A DNA stretch of 64,000 nt, from assembly GCA_017410325.1 (NCBI GenBank), contig JAFQRA010000034.1:64188-128187 (forward strand), given 5' to 3'. Numbering within the stretch: position 1 is the stretch's first letter; each line of letters begins with the position of its first letter. Position numbers and translations under genes: made by a program. Source of the stretch: Clostridia bacterium (GTDB taxonomy: Bacteria > Bacillota > Clostridia > Oscillospirales > Acutalibacteraceae). Of this stretch, positions 1 through 8,676 are shown one piece after another. A model generated the notes under the pieces. That model saw only the letters and a program-made list of their open reading frames with translations. It ran no database searches and was not told the DNA's origin.

Positions 1-1
1 T

Positions 2-2638
2 ATGGAGTACACCTTCTCCACAGCCTATGTCTGGGTTGCGGACGAGGCCTGCGAGGGCTACTGGTACGACCTTGAGGTTGCCTTCCAGGCACTTGAATTT
101 ATCAAGGATGAGCATATTTATTCCCTCGTTTATTCCGCAATTGACGACAGCTTGCACATTGTCGATTACGATTTTGACGAGCCTCAGGTCAGAAAATCCA
201 TTGCCGAGGCACGCAGGGTTTACCTCGAAAAGCTCGCAAAAATTCCGTGGTCGGCAACCTCGAAGGTTATCTTCACGGGTCACAGCCACATTGACGTTGC
301 GTGGCTTTGGAGAATTCAGGAGAGTATCCGCAAGAGTGCACGTACCTTCTCCAACGTTGTAACTCTTATGGATAAGTACCCTGAAATGACCTTCGGTCAG
401 AGCCAGGCCGTGCTTTACGATATGGTCAAGAAGCACTACCCCGAGCTTTACGAAATGATTAAGGAAAAGGTTGCCAATAACCAGTGGGATATCTGCGGCA
501 ACGTCTGGGTCGAGGCTGACACAAACGTTGCTTCGGGTGAAGCGCTCATCCGTCAGGTGCTCTACGGCACGGAGTTCTTCAAGAACGAATTCGGCAAGGT
601 TTCCAAGACCTACTGGCTGCCCGACTGCTTCGGCTTTACCTGGGCACTTCCGCAGATTATCAAGCGCTGCGGTATGACAAACTTCATCACATCAAAGCTT
701 TCGTATAATGATACAAACAAGTTCCCGTTCAATATGTTCCGCTGGCAGGGTAACGACGGCACGCAGGTTATGGCTCATATGATGCAACCCGGCTACAACG
801 GCGTTTTCAGCGTTTCCGAGCTTATGACCTCCGACCGTGAGTGCAACAACAAGGAACAGCTTGACACCGCTATGCAGATGTACGGCTACGGTGACGGCGG
901 CGGCGGCCCCACAAACTGGATGCTTGAAAGAGGCAAGCGTCTGCAGAACTTCCCCGGTCTGCCTCAGGCACACATCGGCCACGTTGACGATTTCTTTGCA
1001 ATCACGGCAGAGAAGAAGGAAGAGCTTCCCGTATGGAACGGCGAAATGTACTATGAAAATCACAGAGGTACGTTTACAAGCCAGCACTTTGTAAAGAAAA
1101 ACAACCGCCGCGGCGAATACGCAATTGAGCGCAACGAAATGCTTAATGTAATTGCAGAAAAGCTCTGCGGTGTCGCATATCAGAAGGAAAAAATCGAAAC
1201 CGCCTGGAAGTGCCTTCTCACAAACCAGTTCCACGACATTCTCCCCGGCACTTCAATTCACGAGGTATTTGAGGATTGCAAGAAGGAATATGCACTCCTT
1301 CGCAAGATGAACAGAGAGCTTAAAAACGAGCTCCTGAACGCTCTTAACGCTACGGTAAAGACCGAGGGCGACAGCATTATCTGCTGGAACCTTGTAAGTG
1401 TTGAAAACGCTATGCCCGTCAAGCTCAACGTTGAAAGTGATAAGCTCGTTCCCCTGGGCAAGGACGGCAAGGCTCTGCCCTGCGTATTCGAGAAGAGAGA
1501 AAACGGCTTCCTGCTCACCTTTACTCCCGACGAGCCTCTGCCCGCATTCGGCTGCAAGGTATTTGCACTCGGCGAAAATACGGCAGATTACGATGCAGTA
1601 ACAGCAACCGAAACTGTGCTTGAAAACAGCAAAATCAAGGCTGTATTCGACGAAAACGGCGTGATTACAAGCATTTACGACAAGGTTAACGACAGAGAGT
1701 CACTTGACGGCAAGGGTAACCTCCTCACAGTTTCTCTTGACAAGTGTATTCACGAAACTGCATGGAACCTTGAAATCAACTACAAGAAAAAGGTGTGGAC
1801 TCTTGACGAGGCAGAGAGCATTAAGGTGCTCGAATCCAACGCACAGCGCGGTGTAATTGAAATAGTGCGCAAGTTCCACAAATCCACAATCACGCAGAAG
1901 ATTATCCTCAACCGCGGCAGCGATATGCTCCTGTTCGACACAACCGTTGACTGGCACGAGAGCGACAAGGTGCTTAAGGCAGAGTTCAACGTTGCAATTA
2001 TTGACACGGAGGCCACCTATAACATCGCTCACGGTGCAATCAAACGCCCGACACACTGGAATACGAGCTTCGATTACACCCGTTTTGAGGTTGCCGCACA
2101 CAAGTGGGCAGATCTTTCCGAGGGCGGCTACGGCGTCAGCCTTCTCAACGACTGTAAGTACGGCTACGACATTCACAATTCCCGTATGAGGCTTACTCTT
2201 ATGCGTGCGCCTACCTGCCCCGACAGAACGGGCGACCACGGCATCAGCACCTTTGTTTATGCTTATTACCCGCATAAGAACGGCTGGCAGGATGCCGAAA
2301 CCGTCAGGAACGGTCTTTGCCTAAACGTGCCCGCAGTTGCAAGAGTTGCAGGCAAGCAGGACGGCAAAATCGAAAGCGGCAGCAGCTTCCTCACAGTTGA
2401 GGGCGGCAGCTTCACCGTTGACTGTATCAAGAACGCTCAGGACGGCAGAGGTATCATCATCCGTATTGCCGAGGAAGAACGCCGCAGAGGCAAGGGTAAG
2501 GTTACCTGGAAGCTTGGTGGTAAAACCGTTACCGAGTGTAATATGATTGAAGAGGACGAAACTCTCGTAGCCTTCGACGGCGAAACCTTCGAGTTTACAT
2601 ATAAACCGTTTGAAGTAAAGACGTTCAGGATTTATTAA
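2..2638 (+). CDS. GH38 alpha-mannosidase (5' end outside window)
   Basis: Track ORF 2-2638 has no start within the window. It carries GH38-type signatures HSHIDVAWLW and WLPDCFG, and its length fits a class II alpha-mannosidase. The family was recognised from memory. Confidence 0.85.
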   Translation: MEYTFSTAYVWVADEACEGYWYDLEVAFQALEFIKDEHIYSLVYSAIDDSLHIVDYDFDEPQVRKSIAEARRVYLEKLAKIPWSATSKVIFTGHSHIDVAWLWRIQESIRKSARTFSNVVTLMDKYPEMTFGQSQAVLYDMVKKHYPELYEMIKEKVANNQWDICGNVWVEADTNVASGEALIRQVLYGTEFFKNEFGKVSKTYWLPDCFGFTWALPQIIKRCGMTNFITSKLSYNDTNKFPFNMFRWQGNDGTQVMAHMMQPGYNGVFSVSELMTSDRECNNKEQLDTAMQMYGYGDGGGGPTNWMLERGKRLQNFPGLPQAHIGHVDDFFAITAEKKEELPVWNGEMYYENHRGTFTSQHFVKKNNRRGEYAIERNEMLNVIAEKLCGVAYQKEKIETAWKCLLTNQFHDILPGTSIHEVFEDCKKEYALLRKMNRELKNELLNALNATVKTEGDSIICWNLVSVENAMPVKLNVESDKLVPLGKDGKALPCVFEKRENGFLLTFTPDEPLPAFGCKVFALGENTADYDAVTATETVLENSKIKAVFDENGVITSIYDKVNDRESLDGKGNLLTVSLDKCIHETAWNLEINYKKKVWTLDEAESIKVLESNAQRGVIEIVRKFHKSTITQKIILNRGSDMLLFDTTVDWHESDKVLKAEFNVAIIDTEATYNIAHGAIKRPTHWNTSFDYTRFEVAAHKWADLSEGGYGVSLLNDCKYGYDIHNSRMRLTLMRAPTCPDRTGDHGISTFVYAYYPHKNGWQDAETVRNGLCLNVPAVARVAGKQDGKIESGSSFLTVEGGSFTVDCIKNAQDGRGIIIRIAEEERRRGKGKVTWKLGGKTVTECNMIEEDETLVAFDGETFEFTYKPFEVKTFRIY

Positions 2639-2759
2639 GCGATAAATGCCATTCGTAAAAAGGGAACGGCTTCGGCTGGAGAATTACAGTTACAGCTGTC
2701 CGGGCGCATATTTTATAACGATATGTACCAAGAATAAGCAATGTATATTTTCAGATGTA

Positions 2760-2785
2760 GTAGGGGACGGCGTCCACGACGTCCC
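2760..2785 (+). repeat. GTAG-headed palindrome, family A, inside the RAYT ORF
   Basis: GTAGGGGACGGCGTCCACGACGTCCC has stem GGGACG/CGTCCC. It matches the intergenic copy at 40525-40550 at 23/26 positions, including one compensatory stem pair. In frame it reads VGDGVHDVP. Confidence 0.8.
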
Positions 2786-2929
2786 GAAGCTTATATTGAC
2801 AGAATATGGAAAATTGTTGCACGGCAACTCGAAACAATGAATTCATTATATGAAAATATTGATGTAGAAAAATTTATTGTAATGCCGAATCACGTTCATC
2901 TTCTGGTACGTGTGCTTGAATCTTCGTCA

Positions 2930-2955
2930 GGGTCGTCGGGGACGCCGACCCCTAC
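2930..2955 (-). repeat. GTAG-headed palindrome, family A, inverted copy inside the RAYT ORF
   Basis: GGGTCGTCGGGGACGCCGACCCCTAC; its reverse complement is 25/26 identical to 40525-40550. In frame it reads GSSGTPTPT. It lies 144 nt from the 2760-2785 copy, with heads pointing outward. Confidence 0.8.
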
Positions 2956-3149
2956 GAATGATGTAATTCCAAGGTTTGTTTCAACGCTGAAACGGTACTG
3001 CAATAAAAGCTTTGGCGAAAACGTGTGGCAGCGTTCATATTACGACCATATTATAAGAGATGATAAGGATTATCTTAATATATGGCAGTACATTGACTGT
3101 AATTATATGAAATGGAAAATCGACCGCTTTTATAAACCTAAATAAATCA

Positions 3150-3189
3150 AACCCCTTGACTTTCAACATTAACTGTCAGTCAAGGGGTT
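3150..3189. terminator. hairpin between convergent RAYT and XRE genes
   Basis: Perfect 12-bp stem AACCCCTTGACT / AGTCAAGGGGTT with a 16-nt loop, followed by GTTTTGTTGTT. The 3' arm overlaps the XRE stop codon. Confidence 0.55.
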
Positions 3190-3413
3190 GTTTTGTTGTT
3201 ACGGGGGTACGGAGAATCTGTTTCGGTTATGCCGAGGATATAGTCAACGCTTGTGTTATAAAAGTATGCAAGCTTGATTAAAACATCTGTCGGTATATCT
3301 CTTGTGCCAAGCTCATAGCGTGAATAGCACACCTGTGAACAGTTCAGGTATTTTGCAAGGTCCTTTTGAAGCAGGTCGTGGTCTTCGCGCAGATTGCGTA
3401 TTTGTTCGTACAT
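3180..3413 (-). CDS. XRE-family HTH transcriptional regulator
   Basis: Track ORF 3180-3470. An HTH_3-like core is present (LLQKDLAKYLNCSQVCYSRYELGTRDIPTDVLIKLAYFYNTSVDYILG). I place the start at the internal ATG (MYEQIRNL), because the upstream extension looks like promoter DNA. Confidence 0.8.
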   Translation of the reverse strand: MYEQIRNLREDHDLLQKDLAKYLNCSQVCYSRYELGTRDIPTDVLIKLAYFYNTSVDYILGITETDSPYPRNNKTTP

Positions 3414-3486
3414 AAAATCACCGAGATTTATTATATACAAACCGTTTTGGTATATTGACATATAAACCATTTTGGTTTACAATGGC

Positions 3487-3517
3487 GTTGAAACTATACT
3501 TTTCAGTTTGTTTCAAC
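3487..3517. promoter_or_regulatory. inverted repeat in a divergent promoter region (candidate XRE operator)
   Basis: GTTGAAAC (3487-3494) and GTTTCAAC (3510-3517) form an 8-bp inverted repeat 15 nt apart. It lies between the divergent XRE gene and the 3546 gene. Confidence 0.3.
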
Positions 3518-3545
3518 TATTTTATTTAATAAAGGAAGTGTCTTT

Positions 3546-4055
3546 ATGCCGCAGAGAAAGGATTATGACGTTTATGCAGGTAATCAGAAGGTAGGTGAAA
3601 TTTGGAGCGAACACCCGACAAAGACTGATTATGAAGTTGATTTGAATATACAAAAGCAAGTTGCCGATTTGTATTTTGAGAAAGCTAAAGAGGATAAACT
3701 AACATCAACAGAGTGGTACAAGGCTAAAGAAGCTAAAATGGAAAAACACTATAAAATAAGACAGGTTATAGGTGTGCTTATAGCAGTAGGGTCTGTAATA
3801 ATGGCAATACTGACTTTTATTAATCGTAAAGAAATGGAATCATTCGTTTCCATTTTTGTAACACCGTCGGTTGGTTTTGGATTGGGCAGGGGCTTGTTCT
3901 ATACGGACATAGTACCTAATATGAGAAGCGGAAAACCCAGAATAGATTGGGGAGTAGCTTTAGGTATGTTTGCAGGCTCCACAGTAATATTCTTTATCGT
4001 TTATTTTTTATTATTTATTATTGCTGCATTTGTTGTTTCAAAGTTCTTTGAATAA
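3546..4055 (+). CDS. hypothetical membrane protein
   Basis: 169-aa ORF preceded by AAAGGAAG, 8 nt upstream of the ATG. It has a charged N-terminal region of about 70 aa, then 2-4 hydrophobic segments. I recognise no family. The region is AT-rich. Confidence 0.6.
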   Translation: MPQRKDYDVYAGNQKVGEIWSEHPTKTDYEVDLNIQKQVADLYFEKAKEDKLTSTEWYKAKEAKMEKHYKIRQVIGVLIAVGSVIMAILTFINRKEMESFVSIFVTPSVGFGLGRGLFYTDIVPNMRSGKPRIDWGVALGMFAGSTVIFFIVYFLLFIIAAFVVSKFFE

Positions 4056-4084
4056 TTTTTTTAAAATGATTTTTAGAAAACAGC

Positions 4085-4116
4085 AACCCCCGATGATTTT
4101 AAAATCATCGGGGGTT
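4085..4116. terminator. bidirectional intrinsic terminator
   Basis: Perfect 32-nt palindrome AACCCCCGATGATTTT/AAAATCATCGGGGGTT with A/T runs on both sides, between convergent genes. Confidence 0.75.
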
Positions 4117-4133
4117 TTATCATTTATATGGCT

Positions 4134-5504
4134 TTATTTAACGCCTTTCTTTTCCTTCGAGAATATCATACCTACTGCCATAATCACGGTGAAGATGATG
4201 AGGTAGCCGATGACGAATTTGTGGTGGGAAACGACGGTTGCCGCCATCATAAAGCAGCAGCCTATAATAGCAACTGCGGGTGCAAGGAAGCGCTTTGCAA
4301 AGCCTGCATCCTTGATTTTAAAGAGCATCATAAAGAAAATCGGCATATATAGCGCGTAGCTTGTGACGATGGGAAGCTCCGTCGGGTCAAAGGCGAAGAT
4401 GCCCCAGCTTGAGCCGAAGGAGGAAAACTGTGAGCAGTAGAAGAATACCATCCACAAAATGCACATAAACAGACCGATTGTAGCGGAGCTGGGAGCCATA
4501 TTCGTTGCCTTGTCAACCTGGCTGAAAACATAGGGCTTGGGGCCTTCGTTTCGGGCTGCAAGGGCGTACATACCTCTTGAACAGCCAAGTGTCAGACCGT
4601 TGAGTGTGCCGAAGCAGGAAATGATGACAAACACGAAAACCGCCGTGCCGCCGAGCTTGCCGAAAACAGCCTCAAAAGCGAGCCTTGCGCCTGTTTCGCC
4701 GCCCTGCATCATTTCAGCGTTGGTAATGCCGCCTGCAAGACCTACGTAGTATAGAATATAAACGATAATAACGGCAAGCGAGCCGAAAACAAGTGCACGG
4801 GGAAGGTTTTTCTTTGCGTCCTTAAGCTCTGCGTTGATTGTTGTTGCGATAATCCAGCCGTCGTAAGCAAAGGCCGTTGCACAGATTGCTGTGAAAAGGG
4901 CAGGGCCCGTCTCTACTTCGTGAACAATTGTCGTGAAGTTTTCAACGGTGTAGCCCTTGGTCAGGCCGTAAATCGTGCCGACGATTGCCATAAGGAAAAG
5001 GGGAATGAGCTTGATGATTGTTGCCGAAACCTGTACCTTACCTGCAATAATGGGAGAAAGCAGGTTGATTGCAAAGCTGAGTATCAGGTAGAATGCGGCA
5101 ATGGTCATACAAAGGCCGCCGGTAATGTCTGCTTGGTCGTGGAAGAGCAGTACGCAGGTGTAGCGTGCGGTTACCCAGGCAAGTGCCATTGTCAGGCAGG
5201 GGTAGTAGATAACCGAGGTAAACCAGCCGATAAAGTAGGCGTACTTCTTGCCGACGAGTGCTTCCGCGTAGTCAACAAGACCGTTGACCTTTTCAATTCT
5301 GTTTGCAAGAATTGAAAAAGCGTAGGCGCAGGCGAGCATAATCAGACCGCCTGCAATCCAGGCAAGAATACCGAGCTTAAGGTCGCCGCCCGTTGCGGAA
5401 AGAATTTTTTCCGCCTTGAAGAAAACACCGCTGCCGATTACGACACCCGTAACCATAGCAATAGCGGTCATAAGACCGTACTTTTTTTTCATTGTTGTTG
5501 CCAT
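4134..5504 (-). CDS. APC-family amino acid permease
   Basis: 456-aa polytopic protein whose N-terminus (YGLMTAIAMVTGVVIGSGVFF) is typical of APC permeases. GGAGTG lies 6 nt upstream of the ATG. Confidence 0.8.
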   Translation of the reverse strand: MATTMKKKYGLMTAIAMVTGVVIGSGVFFKAEKILSATGGDLKLGILAWIAGGLIMLACAYAFSILANRIEKVNGLVDYAEALVGKKYAYFIGWFTSVIYYPCLTMALAWVTARYTCVLLFHDQADITGGLCMTIAAFYLILSFAINLLSPIIAGKVQVSATIIKLIPLFLMAIVGTIYGLTKGYTVENFTTIVHEVETGPALFTAICATAFAYDGWIIATTINAELKDAKKNLPRALVFGSLAVIIVYILYYVGLAGGITNAEMMQGGETGARLAFEAVFGKLGGTAVFVFVIISCFGTLNGLTLGCSRGMYALAARNEGPKPYVFSQVDKATNMAPSSATIGLFMCILWMVFFYCSQFSSFGSSWGIFAFDPTELPIVTSYALYMPIFFMMLFKIKDAGFAKRFLAPAVAIIGCCFMMAATVVSHHKFVIGYLIIFTVIMAVGMIFSKEKKGVK

Positions 5505-5534
5505 ATAATCACTCCGTTTTATTTGGTTTGGAGA

Positions 5535-6392
5535 TTATGCTTTGTCTTTGCTCAATTGCTCTTTGAGCTCGTCAAGCGAGGAAAATTTTCTTTCGCCTCT
5601 TTTGTAGGAAAGAAGTCTGACTTCAATAGTCTTGCCGTACAAGTTACCGTTGTAGCCGATGATGTGTGTTTCACTGCGCTGCTCGTCGTTTTCAAAGGAC
5701 GGGCGGCGGCCGATATTTGTAACCGAGCGCAGCCATTTTCCGTCAATTTCAGCTTCGGACGAGTAAACGCCGTATTTCGGGACTATGAGCTCTTCGGGGA
5801 AAAGCTGATTAATCGTAGGACAGTCAAGCAGTCTGCCGATTTTGTCGCCGTGCACAACCCGGAGCGTATAGCCGAAGGCTCTGCCGAGCATGGCGTTTGC
5901 TTTTTCAATTTCGCCGTTTTCGAGTGCGCTTCTGATTCTTGTCGAGCTTATGGGTAAGCCCTCGTATTCCACCGCCTCACTTGCGCAAAAGGCAATGCCT
6001 TCTGCTTTGCAAAGGCTTTCAAGCAGGGTGCTGTCGCCTCTGCCGTCCTTGCCGAAACGGTAGTTGAAGCCGCAGCTTAAGGCGCCTGCGTTGAGCTTTT
6101 TAATTATTATATCCTCAAAAAAGCGCTCAGGCTCATAATCTTTAATTTTAAGAAAATCAATTTTAACAACCTCGACGCCCATTTCACTGAGCAGCTTTTC
6201 CTTTTCGCTGTCGGTGATAAGTGCCTTGTGCGGTGTAAAGCCCTCCACATTGCAGGGCAAGGGGTCAAGCAGCAGCACGCAGGGCTTAAACCCGTGCCGT
6301 GACATTGCGGCCGCATTTTCGATTACGGCGGTGTGTCCCTTGTGAAGGCCGTCAAAATTGCCTAAGGCAACAGCCCTTTTAATTTCAGCCAT
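5535..6392 (-). CDS. ribF: bifunctional riboflavin kinase / FMN adenylyltransferase
   Basis: 285 aa. GNFDGLHKGH nucleotidyltransferase motif at the N-terminus, a riboflavin kinase C-terminal half, and the canonical position after truB. Confidence 0.9.
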   Translation of the reverse strand: MAEIKRAVALGNFDGLHKGHTAVIENAAAMSRHGFKPCVLLLDPLPCNVEGFTPHKALITDSEKEKLLSEMGVEVVKIDFLKIKDYEPERFFEDIIIKKLNAGALSCGFNYRFGKDGRGDSTLLESLCKAEGIAFCASEAVEYEGLPISSTRIRSALENGEIEKANAMLGRAFGYTLRVVHGDKIGRLLDCPTINQLFPEELIVPKYGVYSSEAEIDGKWLRSVTNIGRRPSFENDEQRSETHIIGYNGNLYGKTIEVRLLSYKRGERKFSSLDELKEQLSKDKA

Positions 6393-6447
6393 ATTTTATA
6401 CCTTAAAAGAATAATAGTATAAGTCAGTTAGGATTATTTTTGCCATC

Positions 6448-7308
6448 CTATATATAAAGCCGTTTTACCCAGAGCATACCGTCTTCTTTGACTTCGCCGA
6501 GTCCGAGAAAGGTGCTGTCGGGTGAATATACCTTGTAAAGACCTGCTTCGGTTTTGGGCTTTAGCCGCTTGGTGTCAAGCTCGCCGCCGTTGCGAAAACG
6601 CTTTGCCTGGGCCTCGCTTACCGTAACAGCGGGGTAGGGCAGAAGCGTGTCAAGCTTTACAACGTCGCTTTCCGTAAGCTCCTCAAGCGTTTTGCATCGG
6701 CTTATTTCAACACCGTGCGCCATAATTCTGCGCAGTGAGCAGAGTGCCGCACCGCAGCCTAAGCTTTCGCCGATGTCGCTTGCCAGGGTGCGCACGTAAG
6801 TGCCTGCGGAGCACTTTACCTCAAAGGAAAATTCCTGCTTTTCCTCGTCTGCCCCCGTCATTTCAAGTGAATAAATGTTAACTTTTCTGCCTTCGCGCTC
6901 AACCTCAATACCCTGGCGGGCAAGCTCGTAGAGCTTTTTACCGTCTTTTTTTATTGCCGAGTACATAGGCGGAATCTGCTCGGTTTCGCCGAGGAAGGAA
7001 AGCATAGCCGCCTTGAATTCTTCGGCGGTAACGTGACTTTCTTTTTCGGTGAGCACCTCACCGTCTGTATCAAGCGTGTCGGTTGTGATTCCGAGCCTTA
7101 CAGTTGCGCTGTACGCCTTGTCGTGCGAGGGGAGAAAGTCGATGAATCTCGTTGCTCCGCCCAGCATAACCACAAGCACACCCGTTGCCATGGGGTCAAG
7201 CGTGCCCGTGTGACCGGACTTTTTGGTGCCCAGCACTCTTTTTACTCTGTTAGCCGCAACAAAGGAGGTAAGTCCCTGCGGCTTGTCGAGAAAAACTACG
7301 CCCGTCAT
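6448..7308 (-). CDS. truB: tRNA pseudouridine(55) synthase
   Basis: 286 aa. It has the GxxxxDKPxGxTS and HxGTLDPxAxG motifs (FLDKPQGLTSF, GHTGTLDPMATGVL). Its start overlaps the nrnA stop (ATGA). Confidence 0.92.
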   Translation of the reverse strand: MTGVVFLDKPQGLTSFVAANRVKRVLGTKKSGHTGTLDPMATGVLVVMLGGATRFIDFLPSHDKAYSATVRLGITTDTLDTDGEVLTEKESHVTAEEFKAAMLSFLGETEQIPPMYSAIKKDGKKLYELARQGIEVEREGRKVNIYSLEMTGADEEKQEFSFEVKCSAGTYVRTLASDIGESLGCGAALCSLRRIMAHGVEISRCKTLEELTESDVVKLDTLLPYPAVTVSEAQAKRFRNGGELDTKRLKPKTEAGLYKVYSPDSTFLGLGEVKEDGMLWVKRLYI

Positions 7309-8246
7309 AAGGCCTCACCGATAACCTTAAGAAGCTTGCTCTTTGCCTCTTTAAGCGTGAAGGGGAGTGAGCAGCCGGAAGCGTTGCGGTGGCCGCCGCC
7401 GCCGAGCTTTGAGCAGATAGCCGAAGCGTCAACGGGGTCGTGAGTGCGCACGGAGGCCTTGTATTCGCCGTTTCTGCGCTCGCGGATTGTAACGCCTACC
7501 TTGACGCCCTCAACCTGTCTCGGCAGTGCGGCAATGCCCTCGCACTCGTTTTCGCTTGAGCCGCTTTTGTCAAACATATCCTGCGTTATTGTGATTATCG
7601 CGCACCTGCCGTCAAAATGAAACTCCATTGATTCAAGAGCCATTTTTTCAAGTACGGCATAGGTTTTTGACTTGGTCTCAAACATAGCCACGTTGATTTT
7701 TGCCGCATTTGCGCCGTAGCCCATAAGCTGTGCCGCTATTAAGTGCGTTTTGGGTGTAACGTTAGCGTAGCGGAAACAGCCTGTGTCGGTTGAAATGCCG
7801 GTAAAAAGCCTGTCTGCAATATCGGCGTTCATTTCTATGCCGAGCAGCTCAACAAGCTCCGCAACTATTTCAGCCGCCGCGGCTGCGCCGGAATCGACAT
7901 AGCTGAGCTTAGCAAAAAGTCTGTTTGCACCGTGGTGGTCTATGCACAAATCCACACGCTCGCCGTACCTTGCCTTCATATCCTCGCCCATAAGCGTTAC
8001 ATCGGCAATGTCAACGGCAACAACCGTCTGCTCTTCAAAATCCTGCTTTTCCACGTCAAGAAAACGGAATTTTGCAGGAAGCTCCTCGTTGTTGATTACG
8101 TTTGCCTTTTTGCCCATTGAGCGCAGTGCAAGGCAAAGCCCGAAGCCCGAGCCGAGAGTATCGCCGTCGGGGTGAGCGTGAGTGATGATTGTGTAATTGT
8201 CGTGTTCTTTTAAGAAAGATGCAGCATCGTTAAGATTTATAATCAT
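7305..8246 (-). CDS. nrnA: DHH/DHHA1 phosphoesterase (NrnA-type oligoribonuclease/pAp phosphatase)
   Basis: Motifs HAHPDGDTLGSG, DHH (CIDHHG) and GGGH (GGGGHRNASG). I place the start at MIINLND (AAGGAGAC RBS upstream), not at the longer track ORF start 8306. Confidence 0.85.
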   Translation of the reverse strand: MIINLNDAASFLKEHDNYTIITHAHPDGDTLGSGFGLCLALRSMGKKANVINNEELPAKFRFLDVEKQDFEEQTVVAVDIADVTLMGEDMKARYGERVDLCIDHHGANRLFAKLSYVDSGAAAAAEIVAELVELLGIEMNADIADRLFTGISTDTGCFRYANVTPKTHLIAAQLMGYGANAAKINVAMFETKSKTYAVLEKMALESMEFHFDGRCAIITITQDMFDKSGSSENECEGIAALPRQVEGVKVGVTIRERRNGEYKASVRTHDPVDASAICSKLGGGGHRNASGCSLPFTLKEAKSKLLKVIGEAL

Positions 8247-8271
8247 CGGAAGCTGTCTCCTTTGCTTATTA

Positions 8272-8622
8272 TTATTCCGTGCCGAGGTCTTTAAGCATTT
8301 TTGCAATGCTCATACCGTGTTCGATTGAGTCATCGGCAAGGAAGCGGATTTCGGGAGTCTTTCTCAGGCGGAGTGCCTGACCTACCTCGCGGCGGATATA
8401 GCCTGCCGCATTTTTAAGTCCTTTTACCGCTTCCTGTGCGGCTTCGAGACCTTCCATTGCGCTGATGTAAGCCTTGGCATAGGAAAGGTCGCCCGAAACC
8501 TCAACCCTCACCACGGTGAGAAGCTTACCCTGTACACGGGGATCCTTGATTTCGTCACGGATGATGGCAATTATTTCACGCTTTATATCTTCCGCAACTC
8601 TGTCCGTTTTATAACCTGCCAT
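8272..8622 (-). CDS. rbfA: ribosome-binding factor A
   Basis: 116 aa. RbfA-like sequence (RVAEDIKREIIAII...DPRV...VEVSGDLSYAKAYIS), positioned after infB. Confidence 0.92.
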   Translation of the reverse strand: MAGYKTDRVAEDIKREIIAIIRDEIKDPRVQGKLLTVVRVEVSGDLSYAKAYISAMEGLEAAQEAVKGLKNAAGYIRREVGQALRLRKTPEIRFLADDSIEHGMSIAKMLKDLGTE

Positions 8623-8676
8623 TATTTTTTCAGGCTTAAGGACTGCCTTATACAGTCCCTAAGCTTAACCTTTCAA

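Larger units (their letters stand above)
2646..3145 (+). pseudogene. REP-associated tyrosine (Y1/HUH, IS200-like) transposase, RAYT-like, frame-broken
   Basis: ORFs 2646-2840 and 2741-3145 lie in different frames. Together they read ...PGAYFITICTKNKQCIFS...TEYGK|IVARQLETMN...MPNHVHLLV (HUH)...WQRSYYDHIIR (Tyr region). The frames rejoin if one A is added to the A4 run at 2810-2813. The gene starts 7 nt after the GH38 stop. Confidence 0.75.

Noticed and set aside
2805-2820. Programmed -1 frameshift in the RAYT gene
   Set aside because: Only an A4 run is present, with no canonical slippery heptamer or obvious downstream stimulator. A mutation or homopolymer sequencing error is more parsimonious. 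It is recorded as a low-interest finding instead.
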